The notes: generated by a model not told the origin, from the letters alone. Positions 10,017-20,127 are shown, numbered from the stretch's first letter. The stretch is DNA of 64,000 bases from Candidatus Latescibacterota bacterium (GCA_963667175.2 CAXXXF010000006.1:32001-96000), one strand, 5' to 3'. Numbers and translations are program-made.

Positions 10017-10457
10017 CTACTCGATTGCGTTCATTGACGCTGCCAGCAAGTCAATCTTGTCGTCGTAGTTGGCAACGAGTTCCGGAAGTGAACTGACGTC
10101 GGCCCAAAAGAACTCGAATGGATGGATGACGGTTCCGTCCTCCGCATGTTCTCCGTGGCGCCATGTTTCTTCCGTCGGCCCTTCCACAGACAGATGAAAG
10201 AACCAGCGAAACTGCAGTTCATCGCTGCCGCAGTCCCGCATGTCCCGGGTATCCCGGCCCAGGAACCGTTCAAATCTCAGCCCGGTTAATCCGGTCTCTT
10301 CCCTTGCTTCACGCATCACCGCATCCCGAGGACTCTCTCCGGGCTCAATCGTCCCAGCAGGCACCTGAATACCGGCCTCGGGCGCCACGGGTTGCGTAAA
10401 GAGGAGCAGCCGGCTCCCGTTGGTGATATAGGCGTAGGCTCTGTGGCGCGTCTTCAT
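10017..10457 (-). CDS. NUDIX hydrolase
   Basis: GTIEPGESPRDAVMREAREETGL Nudix box. Confidence 0.92.
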   Translation of the reverse strand: MKTRHRAYAYITNGSRLLLFTQPVAPEAGIQVPAGTIEPGESPRDAVMREAREETGLTGLRFERFLGRDTRDMRDCGSDELQFRWFFHLSVEGPTEETWRHGEHAEDGTVIHPFEFFWADVSSLPELVANYDDKIDLLAASMNAIE

Positions 10458-10757
10458 TGGAGTAGGGGTTGGCTAGACCCTGGTCCCATATGGGCTACAA
10501 GATACTCGGCACCCCGAAGCCGGAGGTGCCGTATAAACCGATGTGGAGTTCTGCCGGACCATAGTAAAATTCAAGACGCAATGAACACGCGAAGCGCGGA
10601 CTGCGCAGTTACAGGACGCGTGCACTACTTGCGGGCATCCGTCCATCCCATCTCTCTGCGTTGTTTGGTGCACGGCTTGTCGCAGTGCACTCACTGCGCG
10701 CGTACTCGTCCTGCCTCTTCACGGAGCTGACGTCAACCGACTGGGTTTTTGATTCAA

Positions 10758-10787
10758 GCTGAGTGCTGAAAGCTGACGGCTGATAGC
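10758..10787. repeat. Tandem heptamer repeat (GCTGANN)x4
   Basis: gctgagt gctgaaa gctgacg gctgata gc. Confidence 0.7.
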
Positions 10788-10841
10788 AGTCTTCGATGCT
10801 CCCGGTCGGTCGAATCCCGGCAGTCAATCCCGGAGGCAGCA

Positions 10842-11489
10842 CTAGGGCCACTTGTAGTGGCGTATCTTCGGATCGCGGTATTTCGCTCGAGTGTCCCACC
10901 ACATTGCAATGCCGATCCCTCCCCCGTCGTAGCTGGCATCGGTCACCTGGTTGACGAGTTTACCGTCAATATAGGTCGTCAGCGAGCGGTGCCGGGCAGA
11001 AATGATGAGGTGGTACTCGCGCCCTTTCTCCAGCGGATAGTTGACGACACTGAGCTTGGTGACACCGTGTCGGTCCGGATCACGCAACGTGACGTTTATC
11101 GACTGCCAGGCATAATCGAACTCCACGAAATAGAAGCCTTTCCTGTCGTCAGTCACGCGGAACGGGAACTGCATGCACGAGCCCTTTTCCAGCGTGACAA
11201 AAAGCGAATATTCGTAGTTCTTCCAGTTGGAATCACCCTGAAACAGATGGGACTTGCGTTTGCCGTCCAGTTTCCCGACAACGGCGTCGCCATTGCGAGA
11301 CCATGCTCCGGATGACGTGGTCGGCCCCCAACCTTCGAGGCCGTTACCCTGAAGAAGGGTTTGCCAGGGGATGATCAGGCCGTCGGGGCGGCTCCGGCCA
11401 TAGTCGTCCTCCGGACCTGCGGCCGCTTCGTTGCGAGGCACTGCTGCCAGGAGCATCGTGAGTACGCCAAACAGAATGAGTTGACTCAT
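10842..11489 (-). CDS. Secreted DUF1080 (3-keto-disaccharide hydrolase-like) protein
   Basis: Signal peptide; WQTLLQGNGLEGW, WKNYEYSL and GGIGI...YRDPKIR pattern. Confidence 0.75.
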   Translation of the reverse strand: MSQLILFGVLTMLLAAVPRNEAAAGPEDDYGRSRPDGLIIPWQTLLQGNGLEGWGPTTSSGAWSRNGDAVVGKLDGKRKSHLFQGDSNWKNYEYSLFVTLEKGSCMQFPFRVTDDRKGFYFVEFDYAWQSINVTLRDPDRHGVTKLSVVNYPLEKGREYHLIISARHRSLTTYIDGKLVNQVTDASYDGGGIGIAMWWDTRAKYRDPKIRHYKWP

Positions 11490-11535
11490 GCTGTTATCCC
11501 TGATTTCGCCATCGGGTGTGTCTGAACGCCGGCGT

Positions 11536-11880
11536 TTATTGTCGTGCGTCTGGCGCCAAGACATCAGCGAGTGTTTCTGTCGCCCACTGATTGATACTCT
11601 TTCCACTTACTTCAGCAGCCATCGCGATCGCCGCGTGAACCTCTGGAGGAACGCGCAACATCAGTTTGCCGGAATACGGCTTTTGAGGGGGTCTGTTGAG
11701 CTTTTCACAGGTTTCTAGATAGTCGTCAACCGATTCTTCAAAAGCATAACGCAGTTCCTCAACTGATTCGCCGTGAAAGCCTACCACGTCATTGATCCCT
11801 GCAATATGACCAATGAAGCAGCCATCTTCATCACTATAGTCAATCCTAGCCGCATATCCTCTATGGGTCATCGTGTTCAT
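11536..11880 (-). CDS. hicB: HicB family antitoxin
   Basis: FHGESVEELRYAFEESVDDYL...PYSGKLMLRVPPEVH...SINQW. Confidence 0.93.
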   Translation of the reverse strand: MNTMTHRGYAARIDYSDEDGCFIGHIAGINDVVGFHGESVEELRYAFEESVDDYLETCEKLNRPPQKPYSGKLMLRVPPEVHAAIAMAAEVSGKSINQWATETLADVLAPDARQ

Positions 11881-12131
11881 GGAGTAACTCCTGCCCGTTG
11901 TAGAAAACGTCTGGCATCACGCACTTGATAGAATCTTGCCTCCCTGTGAGGGTGAGGTCGGTGAAAGGTGGCGACGACACCATTGAACGCAAACCGCACC
12001 CGCGAACCTCTGCCTTCAATTGATTCAGCTCCAATTGCCTTGAATAAAGCTTCAATACGCCTCCACTCCAGTCCCGCAGGAACGGGCGTTTTGAAGATAT
12101 CAGCCAAAGTATCCCGGTGCCGTTTGTTCAC
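11877..12131 (-). CDS. hicA: HicA family toxin
   Basis: EGRGSRVRF...FHRPHP; 4 bp overlap with hicB. Confidence 0.93.
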   Translation of the reverse strand: MNKRHRDTLADIFKTPVPAGLEWRRIEALFKAIGAESIEGRGSRVRFAFNGVVATFHRPHPHREARFYQVRDARRFLQRAGVTP

Positions 12132-12135
12132 GAGT

Positions 12136-12166
12136 AAATGATATCACAATCTGATATCATTTGCAA
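12136..12166 (-). promoter_or_regulatory. hicAB promoter with palindromic operator
   Basis: Minus strand TTGCAA-17 nt-TATCAT, 6 nt before the GTG. Inverted repeat aaatgatatca-N5-tgatatcattt overlaps it. Confidence 0.8.
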
Positions 12167-12260
12167 GGGATTTATCGTGGCCGAAGACAAGGCGCGGGAC
12201 CGACGCGAATCCTCGGATTCGGCGAAGGAGCACCTGCCTGTTGGCGGGCAGGCTCCTTCA

Positions 12261-13082
12261 CTATGCAAAAACGAGATTGTACAGCTTCGCGGCTTGCTCG
12301 AAAGCAAGCCTTACGAATTCATCCCTTTCCTTCACCCTCGAATGTTCCGTCAGGACCTCAAGAGTAATCGGTCCGCCGTAGTCGGTGTTGCGGATAATGC
12401 CGCACAGATTCTCCCAGTCAATGAAGCCATCGCCGGGGATGACATGGTCAACGTACTCACGGACCCGATCTGACAGGTGAAGTGCCAGAAGCCGGTCTGA
12501 CATCGCCTCAAGCAAGGTGAAGGGCCTTGGGCCTCCCATCTGATCGTGTGAAGAATCATAGCAAAACCCGAAAACCTCAACTGGCAGACTGTCAAGAGCG
12601 CGCCGAACAAGATCCGTAGCGGGGCCGGGATGCACATTCTCGAGTGCCAACTTAATTCCGGTGTCCCGAAGGGTTGAAGTCAGAGCCTCGCAGGTGGCGA
12701 GAGCCGCATCCAGGTGTTTGTGCGTCTCCTCTGGCTCAAGGACGAATGGCCCGGCGTGTACGACGACGATCGATACATCGAGAAAGGCCGCGGATTCAAC
12801 CGTGGCGGCAAGGGTCGAACACGCGCGTGGAAGATGAAGCGGCTTGCCGTGAATTGTGTCTATATGCAGGTCGCAGTCAAGCAGGAGATCCCGCAACCCG
12901 GATCTTTTCGTGTCACCCAGGTACCTTGCGTGTGGTTCTTGCGCTCCAAGCGAAACATGCGTAAATCCTGCGTCTGCTATCGTGGGAAGCAAATCCTCAA
13001 GTGCACAGTCATACGCAAAGGAGGTAGCTATGGATGTTTTCGGGTGGTTCAAGTGACCTCGCTTCAGGATGGCTCCGTTCAC
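12261..13082 (-). CDS. Sugar phosphate isomerase/epimerase (xylose isomerase-like TIM barrel)
   Basis: LALEN, YDSSH, LHLSD, HVIPGDGFIDW and ITLE motifs. Confidence 0.88.
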   Translation of the reverse strand: MNGAILKRGHLNHPKTSIATSFAYDCALEDLLPTIADAGFTHVSLGAQEPHARYLGDTKRSGLRDLLLDCDLHIDTIHGKPLHLPRACSTLAATVESAAFLDVSIVVVHAGPFVLEPEETHKHLDAALATCEALTSTLRDTGIKLALENVHPGPATDLVRRALDSLPVEVFGFCYDSSHDQMGGPRPFTLLEAMSDRLLALHLSDRVREYVDHVIPGDGFIDWENLCGIIRNTDYGGPITLEVLTEHSRVKERDEFVRLAFEQAAKLYNLVFA

Positions 13083-13098
13083 GTTCCCGCAGCACTTC

Positions 13099-13190
13099 GG
13101 CTGACGTCCTCACCACCTTCGATCCCGTGGGTGCGGGGTGAGTGCGACCACCAGGCGCTTCTGCCATGCAGCGCAAAATGGACGTAAGAC
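13099..13190 (-). repeat. attC-like site (degenerate)
   Basis: ggctgacgt ... gcagcgcaaaatggacgtaagac; position between two genes. Confidence 0.5.
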
Positions 13191-13209
13191 TTCAACCGGT
13201 GATTTTCAC

Positions 13210-14139
13210 TCAGTTAATTCTCTGCGGGCGTAACGTTCGGTTCGGCGCTTCCGCAAAAGACGCGATAGAGGAGGTGCGCGCATGGCCGCCACTCTGCCTC
13301 CGCTTTTCGAGAATCCTGCGGAGTTCACCATGCTCCCAGTTCCCACTATCGCCATCCTCACGCCACTTCATGTTGTATGTCTCTCGCTTGCAGACGTCCA
13401 GGTACTTTGGCGCCAGCGTGAGCCACGTCCTCCCTGAAGTGACACTTCCGAAGCCGTTAAAGCATGGGGAGTGCATGTAGAGCAGGTTCTTCGCCATGTA
13501 CGTCAGATAGTCTTCCGAGCTATACCTGGCGCCATTGTAACTCAGTTCGTCATTGCTGAAAATAGCCTTGTGCCGGCAGAGTCGGTCCCTTGTCTCCCAT
13601 GGATTCAGGATCAGTCCGTCAGAGTCAGACAGATATGCATTGTACGAAGGGTCAACCATCACCCACTTCGAGTGAGAAGTACTCCAAACCACCGTAACAA
13701 TATGATTATCATAGTCATACGGATTCAGAGGATTCAGAGATATCAATCTGCTCGGCAATCCCAGAGACAGACAGGCTTCTGTCAGCACGATAGAAAGCAT
13801 GTAGCAGTTGATGCCATAGTCCTCGCCTTTGCCGAACGAATACCTCAGAAGTCCCGAAGCGTTCATAGGAAGGGATTTGCAGACTTCGGGCAGCGATTTG
13901 GTTATGTCGCCTCGGTGGCATACGCCTTCAGACATCCACTGCATTAAGTTCAGAATCCCGGACCATTCGTCTCCACCTCCGGCAACCTGATCAAGTCGGT
14001 ATGTCTCGCGCAGCCGCTCGATCTCAGGATGTGAGAGTTCATATTGGAAGCCAGGCGCCGACTCGTCTGGCAACGAATCAAACTCGTCAAACAGGCGCAA
14101 GAGCCCGCAGTGTAGCCTGAACTGGTAATTCATCGTCAT
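13210..14139 (-). CDS. Transglutaminase-like domain protein
   Basis: GINC...H.V..VW...WVMVDPS Cys-His-Asp triad. Confidence 0.82.
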   Translation of the reverse strand: MTMNYQFRLHCGLLRLFDEFDSLPDESAPGFQYELSHPEIERLRETYRLDQVAGGGDEWSGILNLMQWMSEGVCHRGDITKSLPEVCKSLPMNASGLLRYSFGKGEDYGINCYMLSIVLTEACLSLGLPSRLISLNPLNPYDYDNHIVTVVWSTSHSKWVMVDPSYNAYLSDSDGLILNPWETRDRLCRHKAIFSNDELSYNGARYSSEDYLTYMAKNLLYMHSPCFNGFGSVTSGRTWLTLAPKYLDVCKRETYNMKWREDGDSGNWEHGELRRILEKRRQSGGHARTSSIASFAEAPNRTLRPQRIN

Positions 14140-14175
14140 TACCTCAAGTTATGTTGATTCTATCTTCCCAATTGA

Positions 14176-14260
14176 TATATCATCCTCCCGGGCTGCGAAC
14201 CTGCGAAGCAGGTTGAGCGAAGGCGCGAATACGCAGGAGCCACAGCCCGTCGTGTTGCAA
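14176..14260 (-). repeat. attC-like site (left core lost)
   Basis: cgggctg/cagcccg arms, aacctgcgaagcaggtt hairpin, gttgcaa end. Confidence 0.6.
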
Positions 14261-14310
14261 GCAGGCGGCCTGATCACGTGAAGCCCAGGAGGGCAATAGT
14301 CTACATAACC

Positions 14311-14610
14311 TGGGTCGCCAGTCCCAGCATGTGGTACACTTTTCCGCCTCCGCTTTCCTCAACTTCGACACAGGAGAACCCAATCTCACGAGCCGTCAGC
14401 AAGAAAGCTTCCGTGTTCCTGATCAGACAGCACGACGGGTGCATACGGTTACCCAGGACGGCGGGCATGGGAAGGTGCTGAAGAGCTTTTCAATGACGTC
14501 TCCAGTCTGAGCCGGGCAAGGACGTGTTATAGTAAGCGCCAAACCTGTTCTCTTACCGCAGCAATCTCAATTCCGCACACATTCCCGCCAGACGGCTTTG
14601 AAAGGCTTTC
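14311..14610 (-). pseudogene. Internally deleted copy of the glycosyltransferase region at 45980..46770
   Basis: 14311-14490 aligns to 45980-46158 and 14500-14585 aligns to 46663-46745; ~500 bp between are missing. Confidence 0.85.
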
Positions 14611-14740
14611 CTGTGTAATTCCATCAGGTACGAATAGGTGCTCGATCTCAAGATGCGTCCACTCTTGAAAGTGACCTTCAAGCTCGGATTGGGAGCGGCA
14701 ACAGGTTGTAATGAGAAAGTTTCATCTCGGTCGGCTGCCG

Positions 14741-15658
14741 CTACTCGGGAGCCCCAAGTTCACGGAGTCTATCAATTTCCCGGTAGACCGCACGTTGTTC
14801 ACGGTCCAGAGTGCCGTCCGGCCCGGAGCGCCATCTCTGACGCGCCAATGCATAACCCAAAGGCGTGACTTCCTTGATTTCGCTCCCTACACAACATCTC
14901 GCCCGCATGGATAGATCCGGTCCGTGTCGCAGGAGACAATCGAAGGCTTCGTAGCAAGAGCCAAAGGCGCGCCCAATTGTGTGAAAGATGGGCGTCTGTT
15001 CACCGGTTCCATCAAAGATGATCTGGGTACGTCGCCCATCATTCGTCTCATGGATCGGACCGATCGCATCAATGTCCGCCCCATAATTGAGCAACAACTC
15101 CACGAACTCCGCATCGTTGTGGGCCGCAGCCACGTGAAGCAACGTGCCGCTGGTTGGTATGGCGTGCGAAGTGTCTTCGTGGATCTGGTGAATCAATAAC
15201 GGGTCCCGTTGAATTCGCCGCTCAAGGGAACTCAAATCGCCGCGATGAATATCCATGTAGGGTCCATCTTCATAATCAGCTCCGGCGTCGATGAGAACAT
15301 TCACGAATTCGTAACGCCACTGACCGGCAGAACCCAACCCGGCCATGAGTCCCGGATTGGGTCGCACGCCACGAGCGAGTAGACGCTTGACCTGCGCCAT
15401 GTCCCGATTACCAACGCAATGGGCGAGCGAGTGGTTCAGGAAATCAAGGTTTGCACCCGCGGCTAATAGCGCATCAATGCTTCCCTGTTGATCGCACGCA
15501 TTTGCGTAACGGATCGGCGTGATTAATCGCCGGCGTCCCTTGCTATCGGTCCATAGGAACTCCTGGCCGATCAGAGTTGGATCCCGATCCAGAAGTTCAT
15601 TGATGCGCGAGATATCGCCTTTCTCAATGGCTGTCTTCAACGGATTATCGGTGCCCAT
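14741..15658 (-). CDS. Ankyrin repeat protein
   Basis: GTLLHVAAAHNDAEFVELLLNYGADIDA and TPLGYA. Confidence 0.85.
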   Translation of the reverse strand: MGTDNPLKTAIEKGDISRINELLDRDPTLIGQEFLWTDSKGRRRLITPIRYANACDQQGSIDALLAAGANLDFLNHSLAHCVGNRDMAQVKRLLARGVRPNPGLMAGLGSAGQWRYEFVNVLIDAGADYEDGPYMDIHRGDLSSLERRIQRDPLLIHQIHEDTSHAIPTSGTLLHVAAAHNDAEFVELLLNYGADIDAIGPIHETNDGRRTQIIFDGTGEQTPIFHTIGRAFGSCYEAFDCLLRHGPDLSMRARCCVGSEIKEVTPLGYALARQRWRSGPDGTLDREQRAVYREIDRLRELGAPE

Positions 15659-15680
15659 GCCTATTCGATGCTGTGATTTG

Positions 15681-15790
15681 GAATTTCACATAACTACGGT
15701 ATTACCGGACAGTTACGGTAATTCGTATCTGGTCGGAGGATCTGCGAACGTTCGATTACGTTGGAGCTTGTAGCCGAAGATGTTCAGGAA
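15681..15790. repeat. Dispersed ~110 bp element, copy 1 (copy 2 at 55199..55316)
   Basis: Shared taactacggtattaccg.a.agttacggtaat ... gatctgcgaacgttcg ... tgtagcc ... atgttcaggaat. Confidence 0.75.
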
Positions 15791-16035
15791 TACTATTAAT
15801 CGGCCACCGTCTCTAATCGAATCCTGCTTCATTCTCATTCGTTATTACATCAAGGTGCCTATGGGTTCTTGCGAGATCCGTATGCAGAATTGCCCAAAAT
15901 GAAGGTTATTTCCCGATGCCGGCGCATGTGATTTGAAGTAGACTCAGCTTCCCCGCTGTCACGACCGGTCGAGACAGCCAGGATTCTCTACAGTCCGCCG
16001 GATGAACTTGTAAACAGGGCAAACGAAACCGTAGA

Positions 16036-17478
16036 TCACGTACCTTTGAATCCCGCCAGATATTCGGCGATTTCCTTATGTCCCGCGTACCGTGCCCAGT
16101 CTTCCGGCGTGGCGTCGTGTCGATGATCTTTGATGTTCACGTCGATCCCTTTACGAACGAGATACACCACCTGTTCCATGCGGCCGGCGAAGGCGCATTC
16201 GTGCAGGATGCTGGCCGGCTCGTGGGTACTCCATCTCGTGTTGAAATTCGCGCCGTGATCCAGGAGATAGTCCGCGATCTCGTAATTCCCGTTCTGCACC
16301 GCCCACGCTAATGCCCTGTCGACGATCTCCTGAACGCTGGCCAATGCTGATTCCCCGGGTGGGCAGGCATACAAGGATGGATCGCCCAACCGCGGAAAGC
16401 CGTTCGCAAACCTTTTTGCGACTGCTTCCATGTTGCCCAGACCGGCAGCGTGGGGCAGATCGTCAGGCACTGGCCAGATCTGCGACAAGGCCGAAACGTA
16501 GTCGGCATTGCCGTATTCGAGAGCATAGAGGACGGCGCGAGACGCCGGCGGTTCAGCCGCTGTGGTGATGGCCGCGCCGGCCGTGATCACGGCTTCGATC
16601 ACCGGCAGTTTTCCCTCGGAGCAGGCCGCGACTGCAAGCAGCATTTCCTGGGTCTTGAGATAGCGGGGTCCCAGTAGAAAGGGTTCGGTCGCGAGCAGAT
16701 CGCGAATGGAATCCGCGTCTCCGTCGTCCAATGCAGCCAACAGCCGCAATTCCACGGCCCGGCGCCAGATCAGACCGGGATCGTCGTCCGCCTCCCTGTA
16801 GGAAAGCGTTTGTCTTCCCCCCTCAGGCCCCTTCTCCAGCAGGAAATCGATAAAGGCCATTTTCCCCCGCCAGGCGTCCACGCGAGTTCCTAGATCGTCG
16901 TCGAACCGAAGGCAACGATCCATCAGGAAGTGCGCGACGTCGTGATGACCCAACCGGCAGGCATAGAGGAACGCATCGGCAACGATCAGCCGGTCATCCG
17001 CTGGATCGGGCCAATCCGCCTCAGCGCCGGTGTAACCGGTGCGCAGTTCCGGCTCCGGGCGTCCGACGTCGTGCAGGCCGCCGGCGGGGTCGAAACATTC
17101 CCGCACCCCATCGAGATCGCCCCTCGCGGTCAACGTTCGAAGGTTTTCCGGCAGTACGCCCTTCCCGTCAAACAGCGCCAGCATGCCGTGGGCGCCGGTG
17201 TCGATTGCCCTCAAGTACACCCGGGGATGCATAACCGCGCCGGCGTCGAGCAGCAGGCCGGCGCAGTCGGGCCGGTTGAACACGGATTCATTCCCAGCGC
17301 CGGGAAAGTTGGAATACGAAATGGTGGCGTAAAGTAGAACGCCGCACTCGTCGTCCGGATTGTACCAGGTGAGCAGACCCGGGTGCTCCGAAACGAGGCT
17401 CTCAAGGCGAGCGGTATCGTTGGCGTCGATGGCCTTCACAGCTGCTTCTACAGCCCACTTCAACTCAGGAGCGGACAT
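16036..17478 (-). CDS. Ankyrin repeat protein
   Basis: ALAWAVQNGNYEIADYLLDHGA, ILHECAFAG and TPEDWA. Confidence 0.85.
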   Translation of the reverse strand: MSAPELKWAVEAAVKAIDANDTARLESLVSEHPGLLTWYNPDDECGVLLYATISYSNFPGAGNESVFNRPDCAGLLLDAGAVMHPRVYLRAIDTGAHGMLALFDGKGVLPENLRTLTARGDLDGVRECFDPAGGLHDVGRPEPELRTGYTGAEADWPDPADDRLIVADAFLYACRLGHHDVAHFLMDRCLRFDDDLGTRVDAWRGKMAFIDFLLEKGPEGGRQTLSYREADDDPGLIWRRAVELRLLAALDDGDADSIRDLLATEPFLLGPRYLKTQEMLLAVAACSEGKLPVIEAVITAGAAITTAAEPPASRAVLYALEYGNADYVSALSQIWPVPDDLPHAAGLGNMEAVAKRFANGFPRLGDPSLYACPPGESALASVQEIVDRALAWAVQNGNYEIADYLLDHGANFNTRWSTHEPASILHECAFAGRMEQVVYLVRKGIDVNIKDHRHDATPEDWARYAGHKEIAEYLAGFKGT

Positions 17479-17493
17479 CGGTATTTCTGTCTC

Positions 17494-18444
17494 CTACATG
17501 AGATAGCGAAACGCATCCTTCGCCCGCTGCAGCCTGGTCGTATCATCAACCAGACGGGCCAACTTGTGGAAACCATAGAGCGTTTTAATCCGGTGAGTCA
17601 GCCTTGCGCGATCCCTCCTTAGAGTGCCGGATTCCCAATAGACGGGGGTGCAGGGATCTTCTTCAGCCGGCGCTTCCGTCCCCAGTTCGTCCTCGACGTT
17701 CGGCAGGGTTCTCCACAGGCGGACATGACGATGGTGGGCCTCAAGTCCTTTCTGCGCCAGGTCAGCGTAGCCACACTCAGACAGATCGATCAGCGAAGCG
17801 GAATGGTTGATAACGTGCCACAATCCCCCGTATCCCTGTCTCCGTTCGGCAGCTGTCTCAAGAAGCTCATCCAACACCGCTTCGATCACGCCCTCCAGAT
17901 TGGAATACGGCGGAAAATCCGAATGTTCCGGCAACACGATCATGTCACCGTCGATCCGACCTTTTTCCCTCCCGTAGTAGCCGCTTCCAGCAGATGCCTG
18001 GTCAAAGCCCCCGATCAATTTGCATATGCCATCGATGATAGACGATGTTGCGTGCATGGGGTATTCCTGGAGCGCCCTAATGGAAAGAGAGGCGAAGATC
18101 ACGTTGTGACCCGAGGAGCGTGTTTCTCCGATGTTTCTGGAGAGGACATGGGCGATGCGGTCAATCTGATCTACCTGCACGGCTTCGTCCGGATACGGCA
18201 GAAACAGTTCCGGCGTTGTGATGGATCCGCCCTCGCCCGGGTCGAATACCGACTCACCATTGAGGACACGATCCAGTTCCTTTTCTATACCCGCATGAAC
18301 CTTCCTGTCCAATTCACTGTGTTCCTTACTGAAGAGATAGCCAGCGACGAGAGTTGCGCCCAAATGTCCTGTCATGGTATCCACAAGGTGGGCTCGGCTC
18401 AGTCCCAACAGCCCTTTTTCCAGATACTCAGGTCTAACCGCCAT
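17494..18444 (-). CDS. Hypothetical His-rich helical protein
   Basis: 316 aa ORF with GGAG RBS, co-oriented with neighbours; no family recognised. Confidence 0.7.
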   Translation of the reverse strand: MAVRPEYLEKGLLGLSRAHLVDTMTGHLGATLVAGYLFSKEHSELDRKVHAGIEKELDRVLNGESVFDPGEGGSITTPELFLPYPDEAVQVDQIDRIAHVLSRNIGETRSSGHNVIFASLSIRALQEYPMHATSSIIDGICKLIGGFDQASAGSGYYGREKGRIDGDMIVLPEHSDFPPYSNLEGVIEAVLDELLETAAERRQGYGGLWHVINHSASLIDLSECGYADLAQKGLEAHHRHVRLWRTLPNVEDELGTEAPAEEDPCTPVYWESGTLRRDRARLTHRIKTLYGFHKLARLVDDTTRLQRAKDAFRYLM

Positions 18445-18548
18445 ATGTCTTCTCCACGCCTTGACTCAGTGAGTCAGGCAACTCCCAAATGGCTTTCCCT
18501 CGCATCTTGAAACAGATACCCATTGATAGCGAGACTGCGGGACGTCGG

Positions 18549-19301
18549 CTATTGCCGTTCGTAGAGGGAATCAATCGGGAGATAGCCGGAATTAACCGGC
18601 AGAGCGCGCTCGACGATCCGGCCTCGCTGAACCTGGAGCGACCAGGCTCCGGATTCGGCATCGGCGGAGATGACCCTGTACCCGTCAGGCGTGAACCCGA
18701 CGGCGCAGTCATTGTCGATGGCGAGGCCGTTTCCACCCTTTCGCTTTAACATATCGTGGAAATCCTGCCTTCTGGGTACGCCAGCTGTATCTCCGTTGTA
18801 GTGAGGACACGCCAGACCGCGCAGAAGTCCCATGCCGGTGACGGCTATGTAGCGCCAGTCGTCGGGGCTGTAGAAGGATATCGAGTCGCTGTGCCCGCGG
18901 TCGAACCAGCAGATCGCTCCTGCGCTCACGCCGTAGAGGACCGCGCCGTCTGTATGAGCCGCCCTGAGCAAGGCGTCGACACCAAGCCGCCGCCATCGGC
19001 GCATCATCTTGAGCGTGTTTCCACCACCGACGTAGATGATCTCGGCCCAGGCGATCTTTTCGGCTATGGACTCCGTCGATGGCGGTTGGCCAAGCAGGTA
19101 GAGCACATCGGTGTCGCACCCGTAGCTCTCTCGATACGCTCTGTCGAATGCTTCCCAGTACTCGACCGAATCGCTGCTTGCCGTCGGGATGAACAGGGTG
19201 TTTGGGTTCGATGATCCCGACAGCTTGATGATTTCCACGTCGATGGGCCGGGTTGCCAGGGTGCTGATGTCTCCGCCACCTATTGCGACGATGCTTCCCA
19301 T
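18549..19301 (-). CDS. Peptidase E (S51) family protein
   Basis: IVAIGGG, FIPTAS, IYVGGGNT, GVSAGAICWF and CPHY motifs. Confidence 0.9.
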   Translation of the reverse strand: MGSIVAIGGGDISTLATRPIDVEIIKLSGSSNPNTLFIPTASSDSVEYWEAFDRAYRESYGCDTDVLYLLGQPPSTESIAEKIAWAEIIYVGGGNTLKMMRRWRRLGVDALLRAAHTDGAVLYGVSAGAICWFDRGHSDSISFYSPDDWRYIAVTGMGLLRGLACPHYNGDTAGVPRRQDFHDMLKRKGGNGLAIDNDCAVGFTPDGYRVISADAESGAWSLQVQRGRIVERALPVNSGYLPIDSLYERQ

Positions 19302-19356
19302 CACATGACCCCGTTGGTAGTCAATCTGTGAGCAGCGCGAGACATGCGGACCACAT

Positions 19357-20127
19357 TTATGCGGCAAGCGAATCGTAATTCTCTTTCAGCCACGTGTTTT
19401 CTTCTTTCAGTTCCGCAAGATCCCCACGTTGGTAGAAGATAGACCACGGGAGGAGTCCTCGGCTCCCCAGAGTCTCGGTCCTGCGGTACTCTTCCAATTG
19501 CAGATCGCTCAGGGTGTCCAGGATTGCGCTGGTATCCGTGCCGTATGTGTCAGAAAGTACAGCTAACCTGGACCTGAGATCCGGCATATCGGAAAACCCG
19601 ACTTTACTCCAGTGCGCTTCGCCTCGGAGAGGCACCGCATACCAGGCAAACTGACTGACATCGCTGAGGGGATCACCCGGCTCGGCAAAGTCCCAGTCGA
19701 TTATTCCTTTCAATTTTCGCCCTTCCCAGACAGTATTCCAGGGTCCAAGGTCCCCGTGCCGGATGATCATCCCGGGTCGCCAGGCTACATTGGGAACAAC
19801 CCATTCGGCATCCTCGGACGGCTCGAAATCCCTCACTGCATTGTGATATCGGGACAGATAAAGCGCGACCTCGGCAAGGCCCTTTTCCTCGAGCATCACC
19901 TCCGGCCATGGTCGCCGGGCAACTTCTCCAGGGATAAACGAAAGCACCTCGCGTCCGAGTTCGTCGAATCCGAGGACACGAGGAACTCCTGAAAAGCCAA
20001 CCGCCTCCAGGTAACGCAGCAGGGCATGCACGGCCGGCGTCCACCTGTGGACAGGTCTGCGCACGGTGTCTCCAATCCGCACAACGGGATTGACACAACC
20101 CTGGTCGGATTCGCCCTCTTGCATCAT
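19357..20127 (-). CDS. Aminoglycoside phosphotransferase family protein
   Basis: HGDLGPWN and IIDWD motifs. Confidence 0.88.
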   Translation of the reverse strand: MMQEGESDQGCVNPVVRIGDTVRRPVHRWTPAVHALLRYLEAVGFSGVPRVLGFDELGREVLSFIPGEVARRPWPEVMLEEKGLAEVALYLSRYHNAVRDFEPSEDAEWVVPNVAWRPGMIIRHGDLGPWNTVWEGRKLKGIIDWDFAEPGDPLSDVSQFAWYAVPLRGEAHWSKVGFSDMPDLRSRLAVLSDTYGTDTSAILDTLSDLQLEEYRRTETLGSRGLLPWSIFYQRGDLAELKEENTWLKENYDSLAA

